DNA of 63,590 nucleotides, counting the filler, from Octopus bimaculoides (lineage: Eukaryota): assembly GCF_001194135.2 (NCBI RefSeq). It is 4 parts of 4 records of this genome, joined end to end, with 100 filler letters (N's around TTAATTAATTAA, not from the genome) between each part and the next. Parts side by side here need not be neighbours in the genome. Positions count along the whole stretch, not along the records: positions 49,853 to 62,406 come from NC_068983.1; positions 62,507 to 63,590 come from NW_026405952.1; 2 more parts are not named here. The stretch is one strand, 5' to 3'. Position numbers and translations under genes: made by a program. The notes beneath the pieces are model-generated. The model was not told the DNA's origin, made no database searches, and worked only from the letters and a program-made list of their open reading frames with translations. The first letter of the stretch is position 1. Each line of letters begins with the position of its first letter. Of the stretch, positions 51,398 to 63,550 are shown piece by piece.

Positions 51398-52568
51398 AAA
51401 AGCAGACTAACCTAGGCATTTAGAACATCACATCTTACACTGACTGACTAGATTTTGCGGTTAGTGTTAAGAGTCTAAATATTACGTGAAATCTGTGACC
51501 GGCCAGTCTTTCTGAACGGCGCCCCTAACGAAAAATTACCGTTAATTTCTTTCAGTAGTTCAGTCCGCCTGATAATGATTCATGTTCCATGCAGTCCGCC
51601 TCATGAAGAAACTTGTCCATATCGTGGTTTAAACTCACATCAACATTGATCGAACAGAGATAAGAGTTAAAACGATCTAGTCGTGACGATTCCGTCGATT
51701 TGTATATCGTAATATTTTTTATCAGATTCGGTCATTTTTTTTTTTTTTAAGACCATTATTTTAAAAAACTTTGCTTTCATTCTTTCAGGCACAGTAAAAT
51801 AAGCATCAGTTAAGTAGTAGTGAAGATTCAATTGACTATGTCACTTCCTATAAATTTTTGGCCTTGCCTCACTATTAGAAATTTTTAATAATTCGAGCAA
51901 AGTATGGGATGTTGAAGCAGAAGATGGGATGTTGTCATATTCATATTCCTCTTCCTAATCCAAGGCAATGGATTGGTAGCTTTCTATCGAACAAAATCTC
52001 TTGTCAAAGTGCCAAGAACATCTTGCCTGTTATTACAAGCAAAAACTTTTCTTCTCTACGTAATTTCAACAACCCTAATACCAACTCTTTCATGAGTATG
52101 ATTTTTTTTTTTATAGCATGAGCTAATCGAGCTAAAACTGATTCTCTCTATATATGTATACACTCAGCTACTGTCAAAGATAACTCACCACCTCATTTTC
52201 CAGCTATATCTGGAATTTAGGAGATAGTAATAGTTACAATTATAAAATCATTTGGTCCGTTATAAAACTCACATCACCTACATTAATAATTTTAGAAGGA
52301 GTGATCATTGCTTCTTGAAAAAATATATTAACCGTTATGACGTTTTCCAACTTTGAGCAAGAGATCAGAATTGGTAAGTCTACCAGACATTTCCATTGAC
52401 ATTTATCTCGATATTTCCGATAGCCAACTGGCTAGAAATAGTTTATTTACTCATCATGGATTTACCATAAGTTGAAATATAATAAAACACTTCGTCCTTC
52501 ATCAATTTGCATTGATAACAACCACTTTCCTTGATTTTGTGTAATTTACATATATGATACTGAAGTCA

Positions 52569-52949
52569 GGAGGTACAATGGCCCAATGGTTAGGGCAGCG
52601 GACTCGCGGTCTTAGGATCGCGGTTTCGATTCCCAGACCGGGCGTTATGAGTGTTTATTGAGCGAAAACACCTAAAGCTCCACGAGGCTCCGGTACCGGA
52701 TGGTGGTGAACATTACTGTACTCTTTCACCACAACTTTCTATCACTCTTTCTTCCTGTTTCTGTTTTACCTGTATTTCAAAGGGCCAGCCGTATCACACT
52801 CTGTGTCACGCTGAATATCCCCGAGAACTACGTTAAGGGTACACGTGTCTGCAGAGTGCTCAGCCACTTGCACGTTAATTTCACGAGCAGGCTGTTCTGT
52901 TGATCGGATCAACTGGAACACTCGTTGTCGTAACCGACGGAGTGCCAAC
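52569..52949 (+). mobile_element. Full-length family-A SINE with 12-bp TSD
   Basis: TSD atactgaagtca at 52557-52568 and 52950-52961. Confidence 0.92.
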
Positions 52950-53267
52950 ATACTGAAGTCAAGACAATATCACATTTTTGCATAAGAGTAAGTGACATTT
53001 GGATTGATGAATGTATAATAAACTTCCTAACGTTTTCTTGGACAACCAATCAAATGTCGATGACTAATAATGCTTTCTACATACAATATTTTTTTTCTTT
53101 ATTGTCACGCAGTTTCCTCACTTCCATTGTGTGAATAAACGACAACGGGAAACTCATTGTAAAAGCTTAAGAAACTGTAGATTCTATGAAAATCAACACT
53201 ACTTTCTCTAACTTTGTAACCACGCGCGATCACAATACACACACATACTTACATGAGCATGTGTGAG

Positions 53268-53323
<56 letters not shown>

Positions 53324-53340
53324 ATTTTGTTTATTTAAAT

Positions 53341-54075
53341 AATATTGGTTTCAAATGTTGGCACAAGGCAATGAAATTCGAGGGAGGGAGTTAGTCGCTT
53401 ACATTAAACCTGAAAGAATGAAAGATAAAATCGGCTCAAACGTTTTTCCCACCGTGCTAACTATTCTGACAGCACACCGCCTGTGGTAAGAAGCTTGCAT
53501 CCCAACCACATCGTTCCGAGTTCAGTCCCACTGCGTAGCACCTTAGACAAGTGTCTTATATTGTAGCCTTGAGCCAATCAAAGCCTTGTGAGTGGGTTTG
53601 ATTGATGGAAACTGACTAAAAGAAATAAAACAATATATAACATCCCCTTGTACTATAGGCACAAGGCTTGAAATTTTTGTGGCGGCGTTGGATGGGGTTA
53701 GTCGATTACATGGACCCCAGTGCGCATCTGGTACCCATTTTATCAACTCAGAAAAAGATGAAAGGCAACTCAGAATGTAAAGACGGACCACTATGCATTT
53801 CGACCGGTGTGCTAACGAATTTTTTCTACTCTAGGCACAAAGCCCGTAATTTTGGGGGAGAGGGCCATTCTATTAGATCGACCCCATTACGCAGCTGGTA
53901 GTTAATTTATTGACCCCAAAATGATGAAAGGCAAAGTCGACCTCGGTGGAATTTGGTCTCAGAACGTAAAGACAGACGAAATACCGCTAAGCATTTCGTC
54001 CGGCGTGATAACGTTTCTGCCAGCTCGCCGTCTTCGTACATTTACATATTAGCTGTATATAAATGTATATGTACT

Positions 54076-54128
<53 letters not shown>

Positions 54129-54372
54129 GAGGTGATAACTGTAATCTTCGTCATATTGATTTAAAATTTTGGCGCAAGGCCAGCAATTTCGGGTGAGTGG
54201 GTAAATCAATTACATTGATCTCAGTATTCAACTGGTACTTCTTTTATCGATTCTGAAAGGATGAAAAGGAAAACTCACCGCGGATGAATTTGAGCTCAGA
54301 ATGTAGAGACGGACGAAATGCCGCTAAGCATTTTTCCCGGAGTGCTAACGCGTCTGTCAGCTTGTCGCCTTA
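53341..54372 (-). mobile_element. Cluster of 3-4 family-B SINEs (minus) plus one family-C head (53478-53605, plus)
   Basis: Repeated ggatgaaaggcaaagtcgacctcgg / ccgctaagcatttcg / ctgccagctcgcc motifs at about 53341, 53650, 53821 and 54155. Confidence 0.85.
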
Positions 54373-55102
54373 AATGATCTTGGTAATATCGTTTTGCTGT
54401 TTGTCGAGTGTCAGATGATATATTTTGGATGTAATTTCAATAATTTGTTTGTGTTGCAGCTGCATTATTCCATATGGCCATCTTTATGTAATTTGTGTCT
54501 TGCAGAACGAACAAGAGAGAGAGAGGTGGGGAGAAAGAGAGAGACTAACAACTTATTGCGATATTATTTTTCGAATTATGAAGGAAAATTTATTTCGACA
54601 TGTTACTACTCACATCTCCCCATGGCGTACAAATTTATTTAAGATTTTGAATTTTATTTCAGGTTTTGAATATCACAAGTATAGTATGATCTTTTGCGGA
54701 TGGAGACAATTATTTAAGTTTTCAAATTCTGGTTCTTGTGTATGCTCTGCAATTCTGGTTCTTGTGATGCAGTCTTACTTATCAGATTCGCCCTCACTGT
54801 GCTACATTATTACTGAGTTCATGGGGATCAGGGGTGGGGCTTGAATTTGTGATGTTTATTATTCGTGAGTTGATGCTGATACATAATGCCACCGCGTTCC
54901 AAATGAGTTTCCTCAACACGTAGTATAGTACCTTCGTTTAGATAATGATGAGATGCGATTTTGATGTCTCCATTACAAGCATTAAACATTACCATATAAT
55001 CACATGCATGTATTATATATTATAAAGGGTAAAATTCTTAATGATTTTTACCAAGTGGTCAGCGTGGAAATAAAACCTCATAGGTAAATTTTATAAATAT
55101 TT

Positions 55103-55317
55103 TATGATTATATACATAGTTATAACAAGAGCTTGGCTTGTGCTTCACCACGCACTGAAAAATAGACGTCAAAAGACACTATCACCATAAATTCTCCGAG
55201 AAGTGTAGTGTTTTTCTCGGAAAATTTATGGTGGTAATAGTGTCTTTTGACGTTTATTTTTTAGTGCGTGGTGAAGCACGAGCCAAGTCCTTGTTATAAT
55301 TATGTATATAATTATAA
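55103..55317. repeat. Roughly 215-bp imperfect palindrome
   Basis: The left arm …ttataacaagagcttggcttgtgcttcaccacgcactgaaaaatagacgtcaaaagacacta…ccgagaa pairs with the right arm ttctcgg…tagtgtcttttgacgtttattttttagtgcgtggtgaagcacgagccaagtccttgttataa around an 11-nt loop. Confidence 0.9.
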
Positions 55318-55625
55318 TATATATATATATACATACAGGCATACACAGATGACTATAGAATCACGTGCATTAATATAGATACATGAATAAATACATACAT
55401 TCATACATACTGTGTGTCTCTCTCTCATGCACACATTGTCGTTAACATGGTGAAATGTTAATTATCATTGAATTCTGGTTGAAAAACGCCAATCTCCGTC
55501 AGTATGCAATCTTAGGTGCTAGAAAGATATATTTACTTTTCAAAAATGGTTTTTCCACATTTTCAGTGTTGAGTGCTTATTATTTTAATTAATTTCTAAC
55601 GTATATATGTAGCTATAAAGATACG

Positions 55626-55757
55626 AGAGTGCACAAACAGGAGAATGATCCGGAACTATCAAAAAGTCAGAAGAATTTGTATGAATGTCGAACCTTCAAC
55701 AAGTTCTGTCAGTCGTTGGCAGGATTCAGGAGCCATTGTCTTTCTCACAACATATAA
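55626..55757 (+). mobile_element. Probable RTE-clade LINE ORF C-terminus (degenerate zinc finger)
   Basis: YECRTFNKFCQSLAGFRSHCLSHNI* resembles the CxxCxxxxxSxxGLxSHxxxH terminal motif of RTE ORFs. Confidence 0.5.
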
Positions 55758-55864
55758 TCCTATGATACACTTTATTTAGCCATCCATACTTGTTTAACGA
55801 GTTGGCAGCCATCATATCTAAATGTATTTGCATGTATGTTTCCATGCATGTATATACACTTGTT

Positions 55865-56035
55865 CATATGAATGTGTGTGATAGATCGCTGACCACTACA
55901 TTTATATTTTTTCTCCTTATATCTCTCCTTATTTCTTTCTGTGTTCCTTTCAGTTGAAGAGTGTAGGCTCGAAACGTCAAAGACTTTCTCTATTCCCGAG
56001 CGTTAAACTAATACATCCATTTGTTGTTTACACAT
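55865..56035 (+). mobile_element. Probable Penelope-like terminal-repeat remnant with a degenerate hammerhead motif
   Basis: cttt-cagttga-a-gag tgtagg ctc-gaaacgtc-aaag has the layout of minimal PLE hammerheads. The PLE assignment is inferred. Confidence 0.5.
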
Positions 56036-56949
56036 ATGTATGTATGTGAGTTCGGGTAAGGATGCGTTCTCTTTCAACTGTGTTTGCGATTACTGTACTA
56101 ACAACGGCATTACTTCATATTTCCAGTTCCTATTTATAAAAGCTTCACATCAGTTTCTCTCGTTAACATCGTTACTGACTCGCAAGTTATTTTGAGTGAC
56201 CAGACGCACAATCTAAGACGTTCCAGGTATAACTAGTCCAGTCTCTTCTCGAGTATTGAGCACCTAAGACTACTTTATCCAATGTGCCCTTCTAAATTGA
56301 AGATAGTAGGCTCTAAGGGCTCGTAATAGACTTGTTAATGTAAAAAGACGCAATAAAAAACTTTTATCAAAGGAGAAGGAACGAAGTAATTTCCGTGGGG
56401 TCACTTATGTTGCTACGGAGGCTTGCAAATTTATCCTTAAGTCACTCCTATAATATCTTTAGGAGCGACAAAAAAATAAATGAAGCACACATTAAGCAAT
56501 ATAGTCCTAGATACACTATGTTTAAAAATTGCTTCTCAACATACTTTTACACTTACAGCAATGATCTGAAACAATAATTGCAACCATAATTGAAACGACG
56601 ACAACACCGATGACGATAGCACCTCGAAGACGATGATGACAACCTTGATGTCAACAACAATGACAGCAACAACAACAACAACAACAACATTGTCAACTAC
56701 AAGGCTAAGAACAATAATAATAACAGCAATATTTTCTATTGAAATAATTCCGTTCCAGTAGTCGCTAGGCCAGTCACTCAGTACACTCGAGTGAAATACC
56801 CTGGGCATAATATTAATATTTATTGCATCGCATTGGGAGGTATGAATCAAACTGAGAAAGTAACGTGACAGAACTAATAACTTCGTATATGAAGTGAGAT
56901 CGAAAATTTTAAACATAAAATATAAAAAAATTAGCTTCATTTTGTTATT

Positions 56950-57775
56950 GGTGTTGCCGTGTGTTGTTTAGTTCCTGGTCCAACCTTAAAAGAGGAAATC
57001 TAAGACGAACAAAGAAGTTTCTCAGTCATAAACACCCCTTCCTTTCCTGTTATCGACCATTGCGTAACTAGAATTGCATTATTCAGTGTGTCCCGTCCAT
57101 TTTTAAGACTAATTCGTTGCTATTTCTAGCGGTCGTGTGACCGCCTAGAAAGAGAGAGAAATAGAGAGAATTAAAATGACAGAGATACTCTTATCGCTTT
57201 ATTGTAATTTAATCACAGGTCATCTCTTATCGATCAGGCACATGATCAAAGGCGCTCCAATCGTGACTATCTTTTTTTTTTATCTCTATGTGAAGAGAAC
57301 CAAGGTCACAATTTCCGTGAATATTTCTTAATGATACAGTAAGATGCGATCTGAGGGCGATCTGGCTGCTTTTTTTCTAGCAGGCCAGTGAACTACGTAG
57401 AGGTGCCCTCCTCGGTTATATTTGTTGTTGTTGTTGTTTCGTCCAAGATCAACCCTAATAAAGCAGACTCGTGACGAAAAACACTGCAGTCGTAGCCACG
57501 CAACCGTCCTAAGTGTCTAGAAACGAGGGCCACATTACCCAACATTTCCGTTTTTAATACAGTAGGGCATTATTAAGGGAAATGTGGTTACAATTTTCAG
57601 CAACGTAGAGCTCCCTAATCACTTGTAGAGGTTGCTTTTGTTTAGTCCCCTGTCAGCGCCAGTGAAGTAAATGCATTCAAATACCCTACAGTCGTGAATG
57701 TCCCATCTTTTTCCGACGTGTAGAGAAACTAGGGCCACGTTACCAAACTTTCTGTTTTTAATATAGTAGGGTGTT
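56950..57775 (-). mobile_element. Tandem array of about 4 diverged family-E units
   Basis: Units begin (plus strand) with ttgttg-rich ends at about 56950, 57215, 57422 and 57630. They share atcaaagg/cgtgac, attaccc/aatg and ctagca…acgtagag motifs at roughly 210-bp spacing. Confidence 0.6.
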
Positions 57776-57776
57776 A

Positions 57777-58165
57777 AAGGCGGTGAGCTGGCAGAAAGTT
57801 TAGCACACGGGGCGAAATGCTTAGATGTATTTCGTTGGTCTTTACGTTGTGAATTCAAATTCCGCCGAGGTCGACTTTGCCTTTTATCTTTTCGGGGGTT
57901 GATAAATTAAGTGCCAGTTGCGTACTGGGCTCGATCAAATCGACTGGCCGCCTCCCCAAATATTTCGGCCCTTGTATCTAGAGTAGAAAAGAATATTTTA
58001 AACGCGGCGAGTTGAAAGAAACGTTAGCACGTCGAGTGAAATGCTTAGCGGTATTTCGCTTGTCTTTACATTCTGAGTTCAGATTCCGCCGAGGTCGACT
58101 TTACCTTTCATCCTTTCGGGGTCGATAAATTAAGTACCAGTGGCGTACTGGGTCGATCTAACGAA
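57777..58165 (+). mobile_element. Two tandem family-B SINEs
   Basis: Heads at 57777 and about 58000 with the full B central region. Confidence 0.85.
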
Positions 58166-59235
58166 ATCTAGTTCGTGTATTGAATAACGAATTCTAATTC
58201 AAGTATTGAATAACGAACTCTATAGTGTACATAATAACTCGTTTTACTCTTAATATCTCCATTTCCCGAGGGTAGACCAAACCGCAATAACTTTGGGGCG
58301 ACAGCTAAGTAAGGGAAGATTAGCTAAATGATAAATAATAATTTTATCGTTTTNNNNNNNNNNNNNNNNNNNNNNNNNNNNNNNNNNNNNNNNNNNNNNN
58401 NNNNNNNNNNNNNNNNNNNNNNNNNNNNNNNNNNNNNNNNNNNNNNNNNNNNNNNNNNNNNNNNNNNNNNNNNNNNNNNNNNNNNNNNNNNNNNNNNNNN
58501 NNNNNNNNNNNNNNNNNNNNNNNNNNNNNNNNNNNNNNNNNNNNNNNNNNNNNNNNNNNNNNNNNNNNNNNNNNNNNNNNNNNNNNNNNNNNNNNNNNNN
58601 NNNNNNNNNNNNNNNNNNNNNNNNNNNNNNNNNNNNNNNNNNNNNNNNNNNNNNNNNNNNNNNNNNNNNNNNNNNNNNNNNNNNNNNNNNNNNNNNNNNN
58701 NNNNNNNNNNNNNNNNNNNNNNNNNNNNNNNNNNNNNNNNNNNNNNNNNNNNNNNNNNNNNNNNNNNNNNNNNNNNNNNNNNNNNNNNNNNNNNNNNNNN
58801 NNNNNNNNNNNNNNNNNNNNNNNNNNNNNNNNNNNNNNNNNNNNNNNNNNNNNNNNNNNNNNNNNNNNNNNNNNNNNNNNNNNNNNNNNNNNNNNNNNNN
58901 NNNNNNNNNNNNNNNNNNNNNNNNNNNNNNNNNNNNNNNNNNNNNNNNNNNNNNNNNNNNNNNNNNNNNNNNNNNNNNNNNNNNNNNNNNNNNNNNNNNN
59001 NNNNNNNNNNNNNNNNNNNNNNNNNNNNNNNNNNNNNNNNNNNNNNNNNNNNNNNNNNNNNNNNNNNNNNNNNNNNNNNNNNNNNNNNNNNNNNNNNNNN
59101 NNNNNNNNNNNNNNNNNNNNNNNNNNNNNNNNNNNNNNNNNNNNNNNNNNNNNNNNNNNNNNCAAGGAAGCGGCGCTTCAAATATGAAGCTATTTTCTAA
59201 CCTGCCTTGACTTAATGCTGTGATTCCTAGCGCAA

Positions 59236-59237
59236 AA

Positions 59238-59285
<48 letters not shown>

Positions 59286-59341
59286 CAGCAGCAGCAGTAG
59301 TAGCAGCAGCAGCAGTACCAGTAGTAGTAGTAGTAGTAGTA
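59236..59341. repeat. (AGT)n/(AGC)n microsatellite
   Basis: Visible directly. Confidence 0.95.
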
Positions 59342-59467
59342 ATTTCTTGTAATAATAGTCAAGGCAATTTATTGAAGGAATTAATATATTAGTAGTGGAT
59401 ATTTTCTGTACATTTCCGGACGACGAAAACGAGAAAGAAAGAAAAGAATTATGAAAACTATGAAAAG

Positions 59468-59524
<57 letters not shown>

Positions 59525-60028
59525 TACGCATTGTATCTCTCTATCTCTTAAACACACACATACTCACATTCATATACACGCATACAGTACGCACACAAAA
59601 TGGAGTTTGCTGTGGTTTTCGTTCGTGTAAGCGTTTCTAGCGCGAATGACGTCAAAGAACAGTCAAGTGTCTCAAACGGCTTTATATAATACTTTTGTCG
59701 TTTGGCTATTGTTTATGATGTGAGGTGTCACTTTTCTTAGCTGATTGCATCTATATTCGTAAATCAAAGGATACTTTCATTCTATGTGTCTGTAGGCTGA
59801 TGTGAGGTGACATGTAGGGAATATGTGCATATATGGATATATAAGCAGGGTGTAAAATGTGTCTCCTCTGTAAAGTGTTGCTTGATTTTTTTTGATATTT
59901 ATGAAGATAACATTAGACTATTACAAAACAGCGAAAGAGAAACTGTCTGGTCGCTTGATATGCTAGATATAGCAACCAAATCCTCTTGAACTCATATTGT
60001 ACTGTCTTAATACAATATGTAAGAGAGG

Positions 60029-60450
60029 AAAGGCGGAGACCTGGCACGCTGGACGAAATGCTTAGCGGTATTTCGTCTGTCTTTACGTTCTGAGTTCAAA
60101 TTTCGCCGAGGTCGTCTTTGCCTTTCATCCTTTCGGGGTCGATTAAATAAGTACCAGTTACGCACTGGGGTCGATATAATCGACTTAATCCGTTTGTCTG
60201 ACCTTGGTTGTCCTCTCTGTGTGTAGCCCCTTGTGGGCAGTAAAGAAATAAGAAGCGTTAGCACGCCGGACGAAATGTTTAGCGGTATTTCGTCTGCCGT
60301 AACGTTCTGAATTCAAATTCCACCGAGGTCGACTTTGCCTTTCACCCTTCGGGATCGATAAATTAAGTACCATTTGCGTACTGGAGTCGATCTAATCGAC
60401 TGGTCTCTCTCTCAAAATTTCGGACCTTGTGCCAAGAATAGATAAAGATA
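60029..60450 (+). mobile_element. Two tandem family-B SINEs with different 3' tails
   Basis: Copies at 60029-60245 and 60255-60450. Confidence 0.85.
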
Positions 60451-60473
60451 TGAGAGGAAGAGAAAGAAACATT

Positions 60474-60511
<38 letters not shown>

Positions 60512-60554
60512 GGGGGGGAGAGAAGTTTAAAATAATCTTACCTATTACCTTTTA

Positions 60555-60770
60555 TTTGATTCAATCACTGGACTACGGCCATACTAGGCCATACTACGGC
60601 CATACTAGGGCATTTTGGTCGAACAAATTTCACCTGTACTTATTTTCTTTTAAAAGTTCAATACTTATTCTCTTATCGCTCTCTTTTACCGAATTGCTTA
60701 CAAATCAAAGCCGCTTGTCAAGCGGTATTGGTGGCACAAACATGAGCACACACACACACACACACAGAGG
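60555..60770 (-). mobile_element. Degraded family-C 3' module
   Basis: ggtcgaacaaat…ttttaccgaattgct…cttgtcaagcgg…acaaac. Confidence 0.6.
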
Positions 60771-61067
60771 GTTAGTCAAAAGTCACCTGACAGTAAATCA
60801 AAACCGTTTAATTCGAAGACTTATTTATGTTTAACAACTGAATGAATTTAATAAAAGCATTTAAATTCAACATCATCAAAATTTTTCAAACTGAAGTCCT
60901 TCTTGAGCGACACACTTTCCCATTCGAGTCAATACAGAATTAAAAGTATTATTTATGGAATTTTGATTTACTGTCAGGTAACTTTTGGCCAACACGTTAT
61001 ATAGATTTATATATGGTTCAAAATTATGAAAAAAAACCTTCAAAAAACAAAAGACAGGTAAGGTAGC

Positions 61068-61262
61068 AACAAACAAGGACAGACATACGGATTAAGTCAA
61101 TTATATCGACCCCAGTGCGTAATTGGTACTTATTTAATCGACCCCGAAAGGATGAAAGGCAAAGTAGACCTCGGCGGAATTTGAACTCAAAACGTAGCGG
61201 CAGATGAAATACCGCTAGGCATTTCGCACGGCGGTGCTAATGTTTCTGCCAGCTCGCCACCT
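61068..61262 (-). mobile_element. Family-B SINE (arm of an inverted duplication)
   Basis: Reverse complement of 60029-60210, including the same tail variant. Confidence 0.85.
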
Positions 61263-61360
61263 TTTCTCTCTTTCATATCGTACTAAGACAGTACAATATG
61301 AGTTCAAGAGGATTTGGTTGCTATATCTAGCATATCAGCAGCAGCAGCAAGAGTAGAGTT

Positions 61361-61411
<51 letters not shown>

Positions 61412-62079
61412 CTGTTGCTTCTCTTGTTAAAAAAAATTCGCCCAATTTTGGTAGAAATTAGTTACCAACCGGTTATATTTTTCTGAGATTTTTTCTAATG
61501 GTAGAGGCTGCAGATTTATGAGAACAGCTGTAACTTCTCTTTAAATTCTTTCTAGTAGATTTTGAAGAAGTTATGGTTGAGTAGAAATGTTATTTCATAA
61601 ATGTAGGAATAATCTTGTGTTGTTCGAACTGGTATTTAAACTCTGGGTTACTCTGTGTGAATCTTTTTTTTGTTTGCTGAATGGTTGCATTGATCTGTTT
61701 AGATGCACGATGAGTTCCATTATCCAAGCTACCTCTATGCAATGCACTGTTGTAATATTCAGCTGATGATCCGGCTGCCGGTGTATCTAAACTTCGCTTA
61801 TTAATGTAGTTATGAAGATGTTTGAAAATAGCTGGCCGATTGTTGAAACATTTGTAAATGTACTATAAAGTTTCAAAGATATTTGCAAGAGAGATATGAA
61901 GTGAGTAAATCTAGACGTTCTTGAAATGGGAGGAGGTCGCAAATGATCGCCTATGCTTGAGACGAATATTACGTAAATGAATGGAGTGACGGGAAGAGAA
62001 AATGAGATTTTCCACCGAAGAAAAACGCGTTCGAAGGAAGAAAAACTCGGTGGAAAGGTTGTTCAAATGCAGTCGCTGC

Positions 62080-62330
62080 GTTCATGACTGCCATTCCTAT
62101 GTAGGCCTGTGCAATCATAGCAGACGCTGCACTGCCATCAGGAAATGACACACAATTCTTCAAGTACAAATCCATAGTCTTTCGAGACCGAGGGATGCCT
62201 TTCATGTCACATGAGGATCTTTGAAAATGGCAGGCAGGTGGTTGGGACGTTTGCAAATGAATTATAAAATTTCTGTAAGGATAGTAGATATGTATTAATC
62301 CCGATGTACACAGACTTTGTGGACACCCTG
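62080..62330 (+). mobile_element. Possible Tc1/mariner right end
   Basis: …cagactttgtggacaccctg|ta is the reverse complement of a CAGGGTGTCC-type TIR. It is preceded by a weak transposase-terminus-like stretch (AIIADAA…EMT…RIFENGRQV). No left TIR was found. Confidence 0.35.
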
Positions 62331-62997
62331 TAGAGTAAATGATCATACTGGTGTTTGAGTGGCTGGGTGGTAAGGAGCTTGCTTACCAACCACATGGTTC
62401 CGGGTTNNNNNNNNNNNNNNNNNNNNNNNNNNNNNNNNNNNNNNNNNNNNTTAATTAATTAANNNNNNNNNNNNNNNNNNNNNNNNNNNNNNNNNNNNNN
62501 NNNNNNGTAAATTCTTGGCAGAGAAGAAGAAGAAGAAGAAGAAGAAGAAGAAGAAGGAGGAGGATGCGGGAGTGTTATGATAGTAGTAGCGTGTTAAATG
62601 GCCCAAGTGCCTAAGAATAACACACACGCAAATATTAAAAATGATACATTCAAAAGCGTTACACGTGAATTCATTAAAAACAGCTCCAATCACTACTATA
62701 ACCCACAACGAGCCACTTTTATGTCACTTGACCATTTAACATCCTGCTACTAACATACCATCCCGCATTCTTGCTTTATTATTCTTTCTCTTCTTGTCCT
62801 TCTTCGTCTTCTTCCTCTACGCCACCTCCTTCCTTAATTTACTACTACTGCTGTCTACAATAAAACCTACGCCAATATTATAAACAATACATTCAAAAGA
62901 GATATCTCAAGAATTCAATCACTACTACCATCCACAGCCAGTCATTTTCAGAGCACTTGTCCATTTAACATCCTACTACTATCATAGCACTCCCGAA

Positions 62998-63081
62998 TTC
63001 TTCTTCTTCTTCTTCTTCTTCTTCTTCTTCTTCTTCTTCTTCTTCTTCTTCTTCTTCTTCTTCTTCTTCTTCTTCTTCTTC
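62998..63081. repeat. (TTC)n microsatellite
   Basis: Visible directly. It produces the poly-Arg pseudo-ORF. Confidence 0.95.
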
Positions 63082-63354
63082 TCTGCCGAGAATTAACTAC
63101 GACCTCGAGCACACAAGAGTAAACAAGAGACACCGAGACAGGCAGAAACTAGGAAAATGTCCTTTGTATTTGAATACTATGCAAATACTTTTTAAAGAAA
63201 ATTTTGTTTAATTTTTCCAAAATTTAATTATTTTCCAAACTTACAGTTGGAAACGTATCAATGACTGAAACCGGTACTGTATAACACTGTTTCAACATTT
63301 TCTACCTTGACTTTTTCCATGTGTATATCAACTCGTGCGTTCCTTTCCAACCTT

Positions 63355-63390
63355 CTACATATATACATATACATACATAAACATACATAT

Positions 63391-63421
<31 letters not shown>

Positions 63422-63550
63422 TATGCATATACACATATATATATAAATATTAATATATACGTATATATATATATACGTGTATACATACGTATAAATATAC
63501 ATATACATACATATATATACATATACATATATGTATACATATAAACATAC

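Noticed and set aside
56950-57775. Regularly spaced repeats suggesting a CRISPR-like array
   Set aside because: The units are about 210-bp diverged retroposon copies without unique spacers, in a eukaryotic context.
61969-62346. 125-aa minus ORF
   Set aside because: It begins beside a TIR-like end and is better explained as the antisense of a transposon remnant.
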